DNA from: Lobosporangium transversale
Lineage: Eukaryota
Length of the DNA stretch: 64,000 nt
Direction: 5' to 3'
Assembly (NCBI RefSeq): GCF_002105155.1
Contig: NW_019029000.1
Location: 558,001 to 622,000, forward strand
How positions within the stretch are numbered: position 1 is the first letter of the stretch; the number at the start of each line of letters is the position of its first letter. The notes beneath the pieces were generated by a model. The model was not told where the DNA came from. It searched no databases and was given only the letters and a program-made list of their open reading frames with translations. Below, piece after piece: positions 13,244-27,393 of this stretch. The translations under genes and the position numbers were made by a program.

Positions 13244-16216
13244 CCTAGCTTGCGATGTGTGAGCGAATGAGAGAATGAGTGGGATGTACAGCTATTCTGT
13301 GAAAATATGAAAAGCAAGAAGAGAAGGTCCCTATTTATATGTTTTATGGCGTGAATCACAAAAAGAGCAAGTGAATGAGGGAAGGAGACAGAAAGAGAGG
13401 GTATTCGCCTCTTTAGCAACTGTTATTTCTGTAGGAAGTAAAAAAAAAAAAAAAAAAAAAAAAAGAGGAGAAGTAGGATGTGTTGGAATGTTTATATGCT
13501 TTTTTTTTTTTCCAGCTTCGAGGATCAACAAACAAAGCGGCAGGGTTGGCAAGCTGGCTTGGGCTGGATGTAGTACACGATGGCAATGCAAGTATACATG
13601 TAGAGGGTGGTCATGCAGCATGCACTGTTCAGACGCAACTCTATCATTATCCAAACTATTGATATTGTTGTACAAACGTGGATACAAAAAGCAATCCTTG
13701 GCTGAGCAAGAGACATTCACTGCCTTCTCTTTTTAGGACTTTCTCACTCTCTAACAAACAAATAGCAAAGTAACAATAACAAAAGTGTCAAAGATTAAGC
13801 CTAGAAAGATGATCAAATAACAGCGACAACAGTGTCTTGCGTTGAAGGGATGTAACAGCAATAAAGCAACCATATCAGGGGAAGGTCCTCACGGATACTT
13901 AATTCTCATGGGCAATAAGCACAAAAGAGATGGATAGTAATCGAGGATTAATGCTTGGGTACAATATAATTGAGAACATTCGTCTGTTGCTCAATTTCTC
14001 TCGAGTACGTTAGGCACGAACCACAGAGATATACCATGTATATTTCAATTGATATAATTGCACAACGGCCTTGATCTTACAATCTTATTCGAGTCGGTAT
14101 CACCTCTGTATTCTGCGGAAAGTGCGCTAGTTCTTCCCGGAAGATTTAAGGTTGTTTGTTGCCGAACGAGCCACGCAATTTATATACATGCAGCTAAAAA
14201 AAAAAAGGCTTCTTGTTTACATATTCACTCAACCCCACATTCACATACCAATGGTGTCGTCAGAGTGCTCCGTCCAACTATAGCACTTGCTGAATAGGCC
14301 TTGATCTGTAGTATATACCATTCAGATCCTGTGCATGTTCATGTATGACTGTACCGCAACGGGTATTCATAGTGTACTTCGACGTAAAAGAGCGTATAAA
14401 AACAGCTGTGTAACTCATGTATAAAATAGTCAAGCAACTATCGTACATTTGACCCATCGTTTTTTTTGGTGAGTGTGCTTATCATCGTTACTGTTATTGT
14501 TCGCAGCATTGCTTTTTGACTTTTGGTGATCGACATCTTGTGGCAATGCAGTCTTACTCTGCATGCTTATTGGAGTTATGCACACCCCCTATCTCGCCAT
14601 CACGTCGTCAAACGTGCTGTCTTGCCACGATCTAAGTCACTGCCACACTCTTCTGGTTTTTCTCATCTCCGAGGACATTTTATTGAATGATATCTAAGAT
14701 CTACTAGTTTGCGAATGTCATTCACCTCTTTAAGCGACGAATTTCATATCAAATACATCTTTATGCATTTGTATGAATAGTCAAGTAACATGAGAAAATA
14801 CGACGCGCCTTATCTATTTGTAAAAGAAAAGTTCTTCTGCTAACCATCACTGACCTCCTTTTAAAAATCGTAAGCGAGACTAAGGGACCTGACACTTATC
14901 ACCATATGGGTAGTAGTAAGGAAAGGAGGAAGGTACCTATAATTTTCGAATGCCCTAAGTTCAATCATTCCACATTCATATCATACATGATTCCTTGTGT
15001 TTATTTGTTGCTGTTTGTGATTCACAATATTTCATATTCTACGAACGTTGTGCTCGGCTTGACACTTCCTGTGCTGGGCCTTGCAATGAATCTCATATCC
15101 TTTTTCATCAAAGGAGTGTCTGTATATCAACAAACAACTGGCATCTTGGCTATACAACTAACAATCCGTTGGAATAAAGAAAGAAGAGATTGGGAGCAAA
15201 TAGTAACCAAGAGAGCAAGGTTTACGCGACGTGAACGATCCTACGGATCTAGGGTCCTAGGACCATTCTTCCTCGGTATGATTCGAACTCTACAGCAATG
15301 TCTATCAACAAGGTTATCATTTTCTTTTTTAAAAATAAATTGCAAATATCCCATACCATCTTCATTGACACCGTTGACCTCCAAAAAACTTTCTGCACAG
15401 ATCAAGCCATTTGATATTCCAAAATTTTCTTCCCTTTTTCTGAGTTCAGAAAAAAAGGATGAGTTTTAAGTTAAACTTTCCCAGTGGCCTTTTTTTTTTT
15501 TTTTTTTTTTTTTTTTCAGATTTATTAACCCAAAGATGCTTCTCCATCGTTGAAAGATAGAAGTTTACCTTTGAAGGAAGCTAAATAACTAGTCGGGATT
15601 CCAGCACTCGAAATATGAATGGAGCTCCATACACAACGCTCAAGAACGGAAAAAAAAAATAGCCCTTTTTTTTTTTTTTTGTGATATTGATCTATCAAAA
15701 ATCAAACCTTTATACAGATGTAATCATGTCATCAAATTGTGCATTGTCATTACACATCATCATCGCTTTAGTTTTTCAAACTTGGTGAGATGGATGCAGT
15801 CCTTATTGACTAAACACAAAAAAAGCGATGCTTTTGTTGATGCAAGTACTCAGAATGTGAGATTCACCTTTCACCTTTAATTTGTAGCTTTGTACGAGAG
15901 CATCTGCTGATGTCCTTATTTTAGCTGTCACACTTTCCTACGCATTATTTGTCGCGAGAGAGCACCTTCGTTTTTCATTCCCAAGAAAATAAAGAAAAAG
16001 AACAAGAAAAAATATATATAATAATAGTTGTATCCTGTTAGATTCAAGCTCTGAAGACACACCTCCTTCATGTGCTCGACATCTGTGTCTATGTCCTCAC
16101 AGTACGACAAGGCGACAGTCCGGCGTTAGTTTGAGTGGAGAAAAGAATATGGTTTTATTGTCTAACTTGATTAAAAGAACGGTGGATTTCTTCGTCGTCT
16201 CACGTGAAGAGGCTCT

Positions 16217-16672
16217 TCAGACACGCACAAGGTACCAAACGGTTGAGGCCAAAGGAGCACCATAGAGATCTCGGAGGACAACAGCAGAATTCAAAGAGCC
16301 GATTGTGAGATCTTCTTCGCCGTATTTGTCGGGATGAACGATTTGATATTCGTCATTAAAGCTCCAAAGCTTCCATCTCTGTTGCTGCGATCCAATCACG
16401 ATGGGGGCTCTTTCGTCAAATTTATCAATGCCAATATGACGGCCGGTTTTGGGGCTTGAGAAGTAAAAGTCGTCTCCTGGTTGTCTCTTAAGTTCCCAGA
16501 TCTGATCCTTGGACGCATCAAGCGGAGCCAGATAGGCGTTCGATGCAGTTGTGCTTATGTTGGCAGTGATGAAATTGGTTCCTTGTTTAATGCGATATTG
16601 TCCATCAGTCATTGCCATAGCTGCCTGCATCATGGCAAGAGCTCCGATCAGGAATGCTGTTGAGCGAACCAT
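16217..16672 (-). CDS. Small secreted ricin-B/beta-trefoil lectin-like protein (151 aa)
   Basis: Signal peptide MVRSTAFLIGALAMMQAAMA, then GQYRIK and three QxW-like motifs (DQIW, QQRW, TVW) at about 40-aa spacing. Confidence 0.65.
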   Translation of the reverse strand: MVRSTAFLIGALAMMQAAMAMTDGQYRIKQGTNFITANISTTASNAYLAPLDASKDQIWELKRQPGDDFYFSSPKTGRHIGIDKFDERAPIVIGSQQQRWKLWSFNDEYQIVHPDKYGEEDLTIGSLNSAVVLRDLYGAPLASTVWYLVRV

Positions 16673-17464
16673 TTTTATATTATTCTTTGAAGGAAAAAGA
16701 GGGATCAGAAAAGCGTTGAGTAAATGAACAAGTGGTGTCAGCAAATGGTACTAGAAGTGGAAGTTGGGATGCGTGGAGGGTGAGGTTAAAAGAAGTGGGG
16801 AAAACGTGGCTATTTAAATTATCTGGTTTCATTACCTGTTTGGTTTCATTGAAGAACCGGAGAGATTTGCCATGGTAACTCGTGCATTCATCGGTAATAA
16901 ACAAAGGAAAAAAGCGGCGTGAAAATTAGTCTGACCTGTTGCTTATTGCCTTACGCCCAAGTTCTTTTTCCTCGTAGTCAAATCGAACAATTTTCTAAAA
17001 GGAGAGAGCTTTAGATGTCAACTTTCTTCATGAGCTGGATAACCTTGCATCATTTGTATTACAAAAAAAAAAAAAAATCTGTACGTAGCTTAAATGGATT
17101 CGTGCAACCTTTCTCCATCTAATTATAGCTCCCTCGAACATCCTGAATAATAGACAGCAGTTAGATTAGGTTCGACTGAACATGCGCCGCCCTTTTTCTG
17201 ACCAATTCATTGCCTCTTTCCAGGCTCCTTACCGAAATAGTCAAATAAGTCAACTCTACAGCTTGCAAAGTTGCCTTTCAAGGTAAGTACATTTGTGCCT
17301 CCTTCCTTGACAGAGTATTGCTCACAGCACAACATCAATGAAACAAGAGTATAAGAGTATAAGAGCAAAAACAATTGAGACATTGTCGAAGATGTATGAC
17401 TAGTTCATTTTTTTTTTTCTTGTTTTGCTTTATATGATTAATGCTTTCGTGATATTTCTAATCA

Positions 17465-17784
17465 TTATTCACTACCACGGTCTACAATTTGCTGCCCTAT
17501 CTCTGCCCGGCCACTCTCAGTCATTTTGGCCGTGCGTGCCCCGAATTGCACCGCTCGCTTCCAATGCGAGCTGGCACGCTTAAAGCCTAGCTCGCGAGCT
17601 ACATGTCGCAGCAAAATCTTCTCACCGACACCCCGTGGATACCGAAGATCCACTTTGAGATCCACACGAAGGCTACTAAGAAACTGAACAACGTTTGTGC
17701 ACAAAAATGGGTACCGCGCCTCCTTGCCGTGATCAGATATGATACGATCGTCACGGCCTGACAAATGTTACGACATTTGAGTGA

Positions 17785-17818
<34 letters not shown>

Positions 17819-18986
17819 TGAGAAAAACAGTAAGAGCTTAATGATAGCTAAATTATAACAACTTGGCTGATAGTTCAAAAACCATACCGAGATTACGGGT
17901 CGATATCCTGTCAAGATCTAACTGCAGTTCTTGAATGAGTCCTTCCCAACCACTTTGACTGAATTGCTCTTTGTGTCGTGAGTAACCACCTAATTGCTCA
18001 TCCGCTCCTAAACCAGAAAGAAGAACTTTGGCCTGACTTGTATATGACATTAGTTCGCCTTCCTCGTCCTTGATGAAGCCGATACCCCTAGACGCAAACC
18101 AGAAAGCCATTGCAATACTCTATCCATATGGCAAAACCATCTATAATCAGCATTCTTCCAGAATACAAAGCCATTTCTAATACATGAGATTCAAAAAATA
18201 ATGCCTGGTCATCACATACCAGGTCCATGACGGTTTCGAGAGGCGCTATCCGCTCCAGGATTTCACCCCGATGGGCAGTTGCTTCGTCAAAGGGGACATT
18301 AACCTCTACAAAGTTCCAATGTCTATTGGGGGCTATCCGTCTCAGCTCGGCGAGACTCTCATACCCGGTGACTCGATCTGGAACATTGTATTTGGATCTG
18401 GGTTGCGTTATCGGACTATTAGTTTTGGATTCGCCTGTGTTGCTAACAGAGGTTGATAGCTTCTTTAAACGCTTCAAGGCCAGAGCTTCTTCCGCTGCTT
18501 GGGCCCTTACAGTCCGAGGATTTTCAAATCCAACATTAAGTAGATCGATGGCCTCATCCTGAGGTAAAAACCGGTCAGCCAGAGCTGCAAGGCATAAACA
18601 GTCCAATCCTCCTGAGAACAGAATGCCAACCCGAGCCTCATGAAGTTGGCTAAAAATAATAATAGCAATAAAAAACCCTTCGAGACATCAATAATTGAAG
18701 ATATTATACCTGTTATTCTGTAGTTTGATGTCTGATATACTAACCCAGTTCGCGGAATATCTTGTACACGTCTACGGACTGAGTCCCCCAAAATCTCAAT
18801 CATGTCTGAAATCGCTCTTCTCATGTCTTCTGTAACGAACGGTACAACTTCAGGATGCGCTTGATCAAATTTGATATCCTTTGGAAATGGCTCTGCTAAT
18901 TCATTCACTGTAGGGATATGGTCGTTTACCTTACCAAACGGTAGAGGCTGAAAGAAAATGGATATGTATATTAGTTGAGACTAGTG

Positions 18987-19019
<33 letters not shown>

Positions 19020-19987
19020 TTCAATATGACATTGGAGCATGGACATTGAGGTGTACCATCCTGCTGCAAACCTCATTGGGAATAGGTTGGATAGAGGTTG
19101 CTGAGGCCCATGGATATCGAGTGAGAGACATTTTACTCTGTGCTTCGAGAGCCAACCTATAGATCCCATCTGCAGGCACCTCTTCCATGAGCATTAAGTC
19201 CTTGCGGAAGGAGCTGTATCCTACGGATGTCAAGATAAACGGCAGATCTATATTGCTTCCTTCGTTATTTCTCTTATGCCACAGTAGTGAGCGCCTCCCT
19301 AAACAGTCTCTACCAAAGTGTATCGTCCGTGTTAAAGCCTTTATATCACAGAACAAAAAAGCCCGTTAGTAAACCAAGTACGTTAAAGGCATCATTTGTG
19401 AGACTAATATTTCCTCTGATACATCAGCCTTACATGGAAATACACAAAAGCGTATGGCCCTTCGATGCTGGCCATAACCTGCAAGATACGATTTGTGTGG
19501 CTCTGGACATTATCAGTTTGAGAGAATGCCTCCAATTTTGTCATTAGCACCTCTCCATCGTTCTCATGATGGTCTACAAAAATCCCGTCAAAGATCTCGC
19601 CATTCCAGAGGAGTATATTCCCAGTCTTGGAGACATGAGGTTGACGAGTGACTCTGTCACCTCTGAGGTGGAGAACCGCACCATAGAATGTCATCTCTTT
19701 TCCTGAACCAACATCGCCACATTGTGTATAGTCCTGATCAATTTTCACGCTGTGTGTGTCCTGAGCGCTTGGTCCTAATTAAAAAGCATAGACCATCCTC
19801 GTTAGATCTAGTACTTTTGGAATGGCACATATTAGACGCTACGCCAGAGTTTCTTCAGGTTGGGGCTCGAACAAATTCTGTTGCTACCTCGTCGAGCATT
19901 TAGTTCCTGTAGTGTAGACCAAGTGCGACTGTATTCCAAACTTGAGACATCCTTTGTACGTTGAATGCCGAAGAGGATTCCGCACAT
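17465..19987 (-). CDS. ASNSD1: Asparagine synthetase domain-containing protein 1 (YML096W-like), multi-exon
   Basis: MCGI N-terminal Ntn motif, [60 protein letters not shown] and KRAVQFG. Confidence 0.9.
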
Positions 19988-20362
19988 GCCGAATCTCAAA
20001 TTGCCCTGAGGTAGTGTAAGAGTAGGCGGAGCATATTTTTTAAAATCAAGGTTTTCTATCACAGATGCTCCACACAATCATCTCATGTAAGAAAAAAAAA
20101 AAAAAAAGCCACAGTGAACGGTCGCAGCCTTGCCTCGGAGTATTTGGGGTATTTTGACTTTTAAGAGATTTGGGCTTGCTTGAAGGCCTTCTACCCATCC
20201 ATCACATCAGCAGCTATAACGCTCTTATTTCTCTTTCTCGTTCCACTACAGTAAATTTTACCTTTTGGGCTTCAGGGATATACCTTTTTTATTATTATTA
20301 TTATTATTATTATTTTATTTTATTTTATTTATACAACTGGACTCGGCATTCGTTAACTCTGA

Positions 20363-22590
20363 ATGGCGACTTGGATTTCGAATTACGTCGCCAGGCTGGA
20401 TCTAGATCCAGAATATGAACATTATTTCATCGGAATCCTTTATGACCAAACTCTTTCAGAGGAAGAAAAATCGGCTATAATTTATGAGTGTCTCGAGACA
20501 AGCTGTAGTCTTGTAAGTGTTATTGCGAATTTCTTTTTCTTTTTTCTTCAAGAATTGCCATCTACTTCCTATCATCTTTATACAGATCCCCTTACGTTTG
20601 TTTATTGTCTCTATGATATACAAAAAAAAAGGAAAATGTAAATCTCCAGGACATAGTAGCCGAATTGTTTGCTCAATATGAGCAGGGAGGACTCTTTTGG
20701 ATGGAAGCCCCTATTTATCCCCATCATACATCTTCATTAGGTTATCAGTATCAACCGGTTGCTTCCCGTGCTATTCCAATAATCAATCCTAAGGACAGAT
20801 CGGAGTCATTGGGTGAGGCAAATGTCGAGGATGACGTGGAGGCCGATGATATAGAAAGTAATAGTCAGAGGGATCCTGAGACGTGGGCTCGAATTGACGA
20901 TGATGACGATACTACGGCACAATCAATCGCTACCCCGTATGATGACAATGGAAATGCTCTGCCGCGGGACACACTGGATCCATTTGATGATGATGAATTC
21001 AACCCATTTGCGCCACCTAGTGCTTCGGATTTGGCAGTCCTCAACGGTTCTCAAAATATGTCCTATGGAAGCCATTATTCTTTAACGGACGGGCAGATCC
21101 AATATCCCCCTCCAATATTTTACTCAACAGACGAGGACGCTGAAGCGGATGAAAATTATGCTTTCCAACAGACAGCCAATATGGATCAGGACATGACACC
21201 TCTAGAAATGCTGGTCATCATTCTTCGAGATATGGATCCGGTCAAAATTGAAAAAGCGTTTGAAAAGTGTGGTTACGATTTTGAAAGGACTTTAGACTTT
21301 TTAATTGCTTCGAGCCATTCAAATCAACAGAATGTGTTGCCAATACCGCCAGGAGTCGTTCGGTCGACTCAAACATGTCGACATTTCTTGCAGGGTAACT
21401 GTTTCCGTAAGGATTGCTGGTACAGTCATGACCTAGATACGATGGTCTGCAAGTTTTGGTAAGGAAAAAAAAAGCCCTTGGATTAGGTGGTCATCTTGCG
21501 AATCAACGAATACAGAAAGAAACGGGATTTTTTTTAAGTATTATTATTGCTTACAGTCTATATTCACCAACTCCTTGATCGCTTACCTCAAACCTTGCGG
21601 ATTTAAAAAAGGCTCAAAGGGCAATGTTTGAAAGGAGATACATGCGAGTTCAACCATTTTATTGACACAAGTCGAGTAGCAAAGGTAGCTTCGCCGCCTC
21701 CAGTAAAACAAGAATTACCAAGTATGGATGCGACTGATTTCCCTTCATTATCGGCCACTATATCAACCAAGAATAAAGGTACATGGGAAGCCAATAAGAT
21801 TAATGGACAACAGCGCGCAAATAACATCAAGGGCGGTGGCGAGAGCAACGCTGTTGGTGAACAACAGGACAGCGATTCTATTGATGCGCTCACAACTCAG
21901 CTTGAAAAGAAAGTCAAAGTGACTACACCTTTGACAAAACCAGCTGTTTCATATTCTGCAACGGCAGCAGCAGCAGCCTCAAAACCGCTAACGCCCTTGA
22001 AGCGTGAAGAAGATGTAGAAACGCAGCGCAGAGCCTTTAAGCTTCAAATGGCTCCTTCATCTATCCCATGGTTGGAGACGGGATCAGCGCTCAATAACGA
22101 GTATCTTAGGTCTCGTGCACAAGCAATCGAGTACGCCAAGGCTCGAAACCGCTGCTTTGAGTTGGCTACTCGAGCATACCTCGATAATGATGGTGCAGCT
22201 GCTGCAAAGTTATCTGCACAGGGCCGAGAGTACAATGATCTGATGATGGCAACACATCGTGCTGCTAGTCGACAGATTTTCGAGTCTCGAAACCGAACCA
22301 TGGTCAAGAGTACGGGTAAAGGCGAAACATGGATTGATCTGCATGGGCTACATGTCGAAGAGTCATTGGCGTTCTTAGATGAGTTTATGGAAAAACTGGA
22401 GAATGAGGTTTATACGGGTACTGTCTATGTCGTCACAGGCACGGGCAATCATTCGGCCAATGCACGGGCCAAGCTTCAGCCGGCTATCATTGATTGGCTC
22501 GAGAGTTGGGGTTATGTATGGAAGGAGATGAGTATCGATAAAGTGCATGGAGGTGTGTTGGCAGTTCAAGTGATCAAAGGAAAAGCATAG
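20363..22590 (+). CDS. CUE + tandem CCCH zinc finger + DUF1771 + Smr-domain protein (putative RNA endonuclease), 3 exons
   Basis: CUE-like DPVKIEKAFEKCGYDFERTLDFL; CRHFLQGNCFRKDCWYSH and CKFW/LKGQCLKGDTCEFNH fingers; ARNRCFELATRAY; IDLHGLHVEE..VVTGTGNHS Smr motif. Confidence 0.85.
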
Positions 22591-23068
22591 AAAAATAAAG
22601 TAATAAATTAATACAAAACAAAAAGTTATTTAAGCGTAATGAAGTTACCTTTCCATCACATCGAGTTTTTTTCCCTTTTTTGCCCCATACGTTGTGTAAA
22701 ACGAGAATGTCAGTTGGCGAAAGGCGGCGTATTTTGCGCAGACAAGGCGCGATATTTAGTTCCGAAATATTCCAATGACGCGCGCAGCACGCCGCCCTCG
22801 ACGTAACACTGTCAAATCACCAAATTTAGAAAATGATCCGACCATTTTTTTTACATGGTGGTCAATGCGTTCAAAAAAAAAAAAAAAAAAAAAGGTATAT
22901 AAAGGTAGAAAAAGGGATCTTGAAGCAATCATCAACAACATCATTAACAGCACAAAAAAAAAAAAAAAAAAAAGCAAACAAATCAAAAAGCATCCTAAAA
23001 TCTCCTCTCCCCTCTCTGCTCTTGCAACAAACTAATCAGCCAATCAACTTATTTAATTTTCTCGAACC

Positions 23069-23385
23069 ATGTCTTCCATTATGGTTGCTTCTTCCTTGCG
23101 ATCGGTCCGCGCTCCTCTCCAGGCTCTTGTGCGCAGGCAATACTCCTCAGCTGCAGGCACTGCCACCATTGGCCATTCGACCAAAAAATTAGCCATCGCC
23201 AGCGGCGTCAGTGCTGCGGTGGGCGCTGATGTGACCTATGCCTACTTCACTTTCTTTAAGAAGAGTAAGTTAAAAAAAAAAAAAAAGTAAAAACCGTGTG
23301 GCAACTTTTCTTTTTTCTTTTTATAATGATTACTCACAAAATTAATTTCATTGTATTACTGATAGACGATGGCAACTCTGCTTAA
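23069..23385 (+). CDS. Putative ~71-aa mitochondrial single-TM microprotein (exons 23069-23264, 23366-23385)
   Basis: Arg/Ser/Ala/Leu presequence ending RRQYS, hydrophobic stretch LAIASGVSAAVGADVTYAYFTFF, and a GTAAGT...TAG intron giving C-terminus KKNDGNSA*. Upstream TATATAAA at ~22896. Confidence 0.6.
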
Positions 23386-23685
23386 GCAATCGCCCTGCCA
23401 CGAATAGATAATAGACACTCTGTTTATTTAATCTTTTTTTTGGATCATACTGTGTCTTCCGATATTATTAATAAAGAGTCAGGAAGTACGCTTTTAGAGG
23501 AATAATTATTCCCGTCTTCTATTCAGAAGTGCCTTTAATAATGAATGAACATATGCATACAAAACGGTGAGTGTATATGGGGTCAAATGAATGAATAGTA
23601 TACAGAATAATGCAAAAAAAACAGAAAAAAAAAAGATAACAGTAACAATGAATCAAGGAGAATGAAATGTTGTACTCTCTTTCTT

Positions 23686-25952
23686 TTATCGGCGTCCACT
23701 ACCACGCCCACCACGGAATCCTCCACCATTTCCACCACGACCACCACGGAAACCACCACGGCCTCCAAATCCTCCACCATTACGCCCATTACCATATCCG
23801 CCACGTCCACCACTGGCATAGCCACCACGGCGATCATCCATGCGCTGTTCAAGCTCCGGCAGACTCTTTGCTACCTCAAGTGTGATATTGTCCAAATCTC
23901 TCCATTGACTACCTGCAAGCGATATTATGTTGTTATCGACTTCTAACTTGTCAGAGGTTACATCAAAGACAACGCCTTTCATATCCTTGGTCATCCTCAT
24001 GCCCTTAACATCTTCATATCCTAGTTTAGGGAAGTTGCGAGTCAAAATGTTGCGGACATATCCAGCATGCTGGATCTCATGTGTGAGACGGAAGAGCATG
24101 GTGGTATAACCTTCAGCGGCTGACATTAATGAGCGAGCACGGACACCAGCACCATATCCAGAGATGTATGCCAAAGCGGCTGCCAAAGCCTCTGTGGTGT
24201 TACCGCTAAAGCTGTCTGCAATCATGGATTCTGCAATGGGCTTAAACATAGGGATCACATTCTTGACCACCTTGGCAACAATATCAGCAGCATCCTGAGC
24301 TGTAGCGGCAATGATATCCTGAGGTTGTGGAGGGCCAACCTTGACCATCTCCATACCAGCACGACGTTGAATGTTCTGGATCATGTACTCTTCTTGAGCC
24401 TTGAAGAATGTCACGCAGACGCCCTTACGTCCAGCACGTCCTGTACGACCGGATCGGTGAACATAAGTCTCCACATCTTTAGGTGGTTGACAGTTAATGA
24501 CCAAATCCACCATGGGAATATCAATACCACGAGCTAGAACATCTGTGCAAATGATACACTTGACCTTGGCCTCACGGAATCCCTGGAGAGTCAACTCACG
24601 CTGCGCCTGAGGAATATCGCCGTGCAGGACCTTGGCATCCGCTCGAAGCTTGTCCGTCAAGGCCAATTCATCTGCTTCAGCTTTAGTGTTGGCAAAAATG
24701 ACAGTCAAACCACGATTACCCCCATAAACTGCAACCACGTCTCCGATGACATCTTTGCGGGACTGCCAGGTCGAAGGAATGGCGTAATGGCGGATGTTCT
24801 CATTTGTTTTAACTCGAGAGTTACCGACTAGGTCGACGTTGATATATTTGGGGTCCAGATACTTTTCGACTGTCTGTTTGATCCAATCGGGTGCAGTGGC
24901 CGAGAACAACAATGTCTGGTGTTTGGGAGCAGATGCACCACGGGCTTCCTTTTGAGTTCGAACATGTTGCAATGTCTGCTCCATATCTTCTGCGAATCCA
25001 ATATCCAACATTTGATCGGCTTCATCCAAGCAGACAAACCGCAACTTTTCTAGCTTCAAGTTACCGCGGTTGATATGGTCCAGACAGCGTCCTGGCGTAC
25101 CGACGACGACATCGACTCCATTACGGAGATGAGCAGTTTGTTCTGGCATGGGTGTACCACCATAAAGACTGATGCATTTGAGAGAAGGTGCAATGCTTGA
25201 GAATTCATTCGAGACCTGGATAGCTAAATCACGCGTAGGTGCTGTAACAATGATAGAAATCGTGAGAAATGCGTTAGTTCAAAATCTACTATAAAAACTA
25301 AACGGTGTGTATAGACATACAATATCATTGTAGACAAAAATTAAAAATAAAAATAAATAAGTTAGAACATACCAAGTACAAGAACTCGAGGATAACGACC
25401 ACGCTCGGCAATGACCTTATCCTTCAATAGCACTTCAGTCATAGGTAATGCGAAGGCTAAGGTCTTTCCAGTTCCAGTTCTGGCCCGCCCAAGGACATCG
25501 TTTCCATTGAAGATATAATCAAAGGTTTCAGCCTGGATAGGAAAGAGGGCATTGATGCCACGAGCAGCTAGAGCAGCGACGGTAGCAGGAGAAATCTTGT
25601 AAGATGATAGTCTGAGGTTTTCAGGAATAGTTTCCTCCCCCTGATCGCCATCCTTTTCATTTACGTCTTCAGGAGTTGTGTCGCGAGGAGTCTCTGCAGG
25701 GCTGGGTGTGACAGTGTCCGTAGTCTTTTCAATGCGGATTTTCTTGAAGCCAGGCTTGATCTCTTCATCCGAGTCCGAGTCCGAATTGCTACTGCTAGTC
25801 TTGCGAGATCTCTTTTCTTTCTTTTCTTTCTTTTCTTTCTTCTCCTTCTTTTCCTTCTTCTCCTTTTTTTCTTTCTTCTCTTTCTTGTCTTTGACTTCTT
25901 TCACTTTCAAGTCAGTGATGTCGATGATAGGTTTGATATCAACAGAAGGCAT
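23686..25952 (-). CDS. DDX21: Nucleolar DEAD-box RNA helicase DDX21/DDX50-like (GUCT domain, RGG tail), 2 exons
   Basis: KEK repeats, Q motif LFPIQ, ARTGTGKT, PTRDLA, DEAD, SAT, HRSGRTGRAGR, GUCT-like region and a GGRGG tail. Confidence 0.88.
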
Positions 25953-26225
25953 AGTGGATATAACTTGAGATAGAGTGAGGAGGGCGATATGATGACTATT
26001 AATGAAGGAGGAGGAAGAAAGGCGGAGGAAGGAAGGGAATGGAAAGTAGTGTTAAAGAAAAAGGGAAAGGTGCAGCTTCACTTTGTTTAGTGTTGTGTAC
26101 AATATTCTAAAAAAAAAAAAAAAAGAGGCTTGTTTTGTGATGTATTTTTTTTTAAGTTTTGTACCTGAAGGTGACGGCTTTATTGATTGTATTAATTTAA
26201 GAGTTATTCAAGGGAATAAATGATA

Positions 26226-27214
26226 TTAGCTATCTTGGAACATGTCTTCTGGTAGGACATCATCCTCTTCTTCCAGCTGAGCATCTGCCTCCGCAACTCG
26301 AACCTTATTCTCAGTATCACGCAGGATCTCATAGTGCATTGCCTCGACCGATTTGCGTGCGTCGATCATCACCCACTCTTTGCTCCGGAGCTGTAGGAAA
26401 ACGTCTCGGACTCTTTCTTGGAACTCACGTTTCTCATATCGTTCTTCTCCAAAACCCCCTCGTTTCTCAGCGTCAGACGAAGGGAGATCAAGGAAGAATG
26501 TAATATCAGGGCGAATGAGGCCACGGTCTGGATCCTTGCACCATGTCAAATCAAGGCCCTTTTTATACAAATATATATTTATTAATAGGTCGAGCAAATA
26601 TATTTACACATTATAAGAAATCGATGAGTTCATTAAGATATGGTAATGATAATACCTTTGCTGCAGAAAATGCAACTCCAGAGTATGCATATCGATCTAC
26701 AACAAGATGAGTGCCAGCCAAAAGTTTGCGCTTGATTGTTTGCCTTATTTTCGTCAAGAGATATTAAAAATATAGTAGAGTAAAGATTGATTGATCAATA
26801 GAAGAAAAAGAGGGCATTCATGGTGGGCTTTCTAGATTCCATGGGCTGAAAAGTGTCTTATGATGTTGATTAAGCAACCATACATTGCTTCCCAGCGATT
26901 TGCAGAAAAGAGGAGGTGAATAGCCCTGTCATCCAATTCCTCCGTATTTGTTAGATATGCATGAATCATTTTCCCAATGGTAGTTGTTCTATCTATCAAT
27001 GAAGACCAATAGAATAACCATGATGGATTTAATTGTCAGATTATCTACTACCAAACGCGTGATGGTTCTCATAATTCTCACGCTCATTACCTGGAAACTT
27101 GCATAATTCTACGGAATGGCCACGCTCTTTCAATGCTGCCACCAGCATGGCACATTGGGTTGATTTCCCTGCGCGATCGCATCCTTCCAATAGGATAAAA
27201 CGTCCCCTGGCCAT
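26226..27214 (-). CDS. CDC8: Thymidylate kinase (dTMP kinase), 4 exons
   Basis: Read from the [24 protein letters not shown] (P-loop), [33 protein letters not shown] and [10 protein letters not shown]. Confidence 0.92.
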
Positions 27215-27393
27215 GATTGCAGTACTTCAATTTAATTTATTTAGATGGAGTGATTGTGAATGAAAGAAATGAACGATTGTTTATGAAGTATGTTATTACA
27301 ATATGGTCCACTCAATTACTCACACAGTGCATGCAGACGAGAATATGTCTGTAGTCTAGATCCATACGTATAAAATAAAGTCTGATGCACCAC

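Noticed and set aside
14906..15469. 187-aa ORF in the intergenic region
   Set aside because: No motifs and non-coding-like composition, so not supportable as a gene.
19832..20077. Possible ASDURF-like upstream ORF on ASNSD1
   Set aside because: It is only an in-frame extension of exon 1 from a non-ATG start, with no prefoldin-like sequence.
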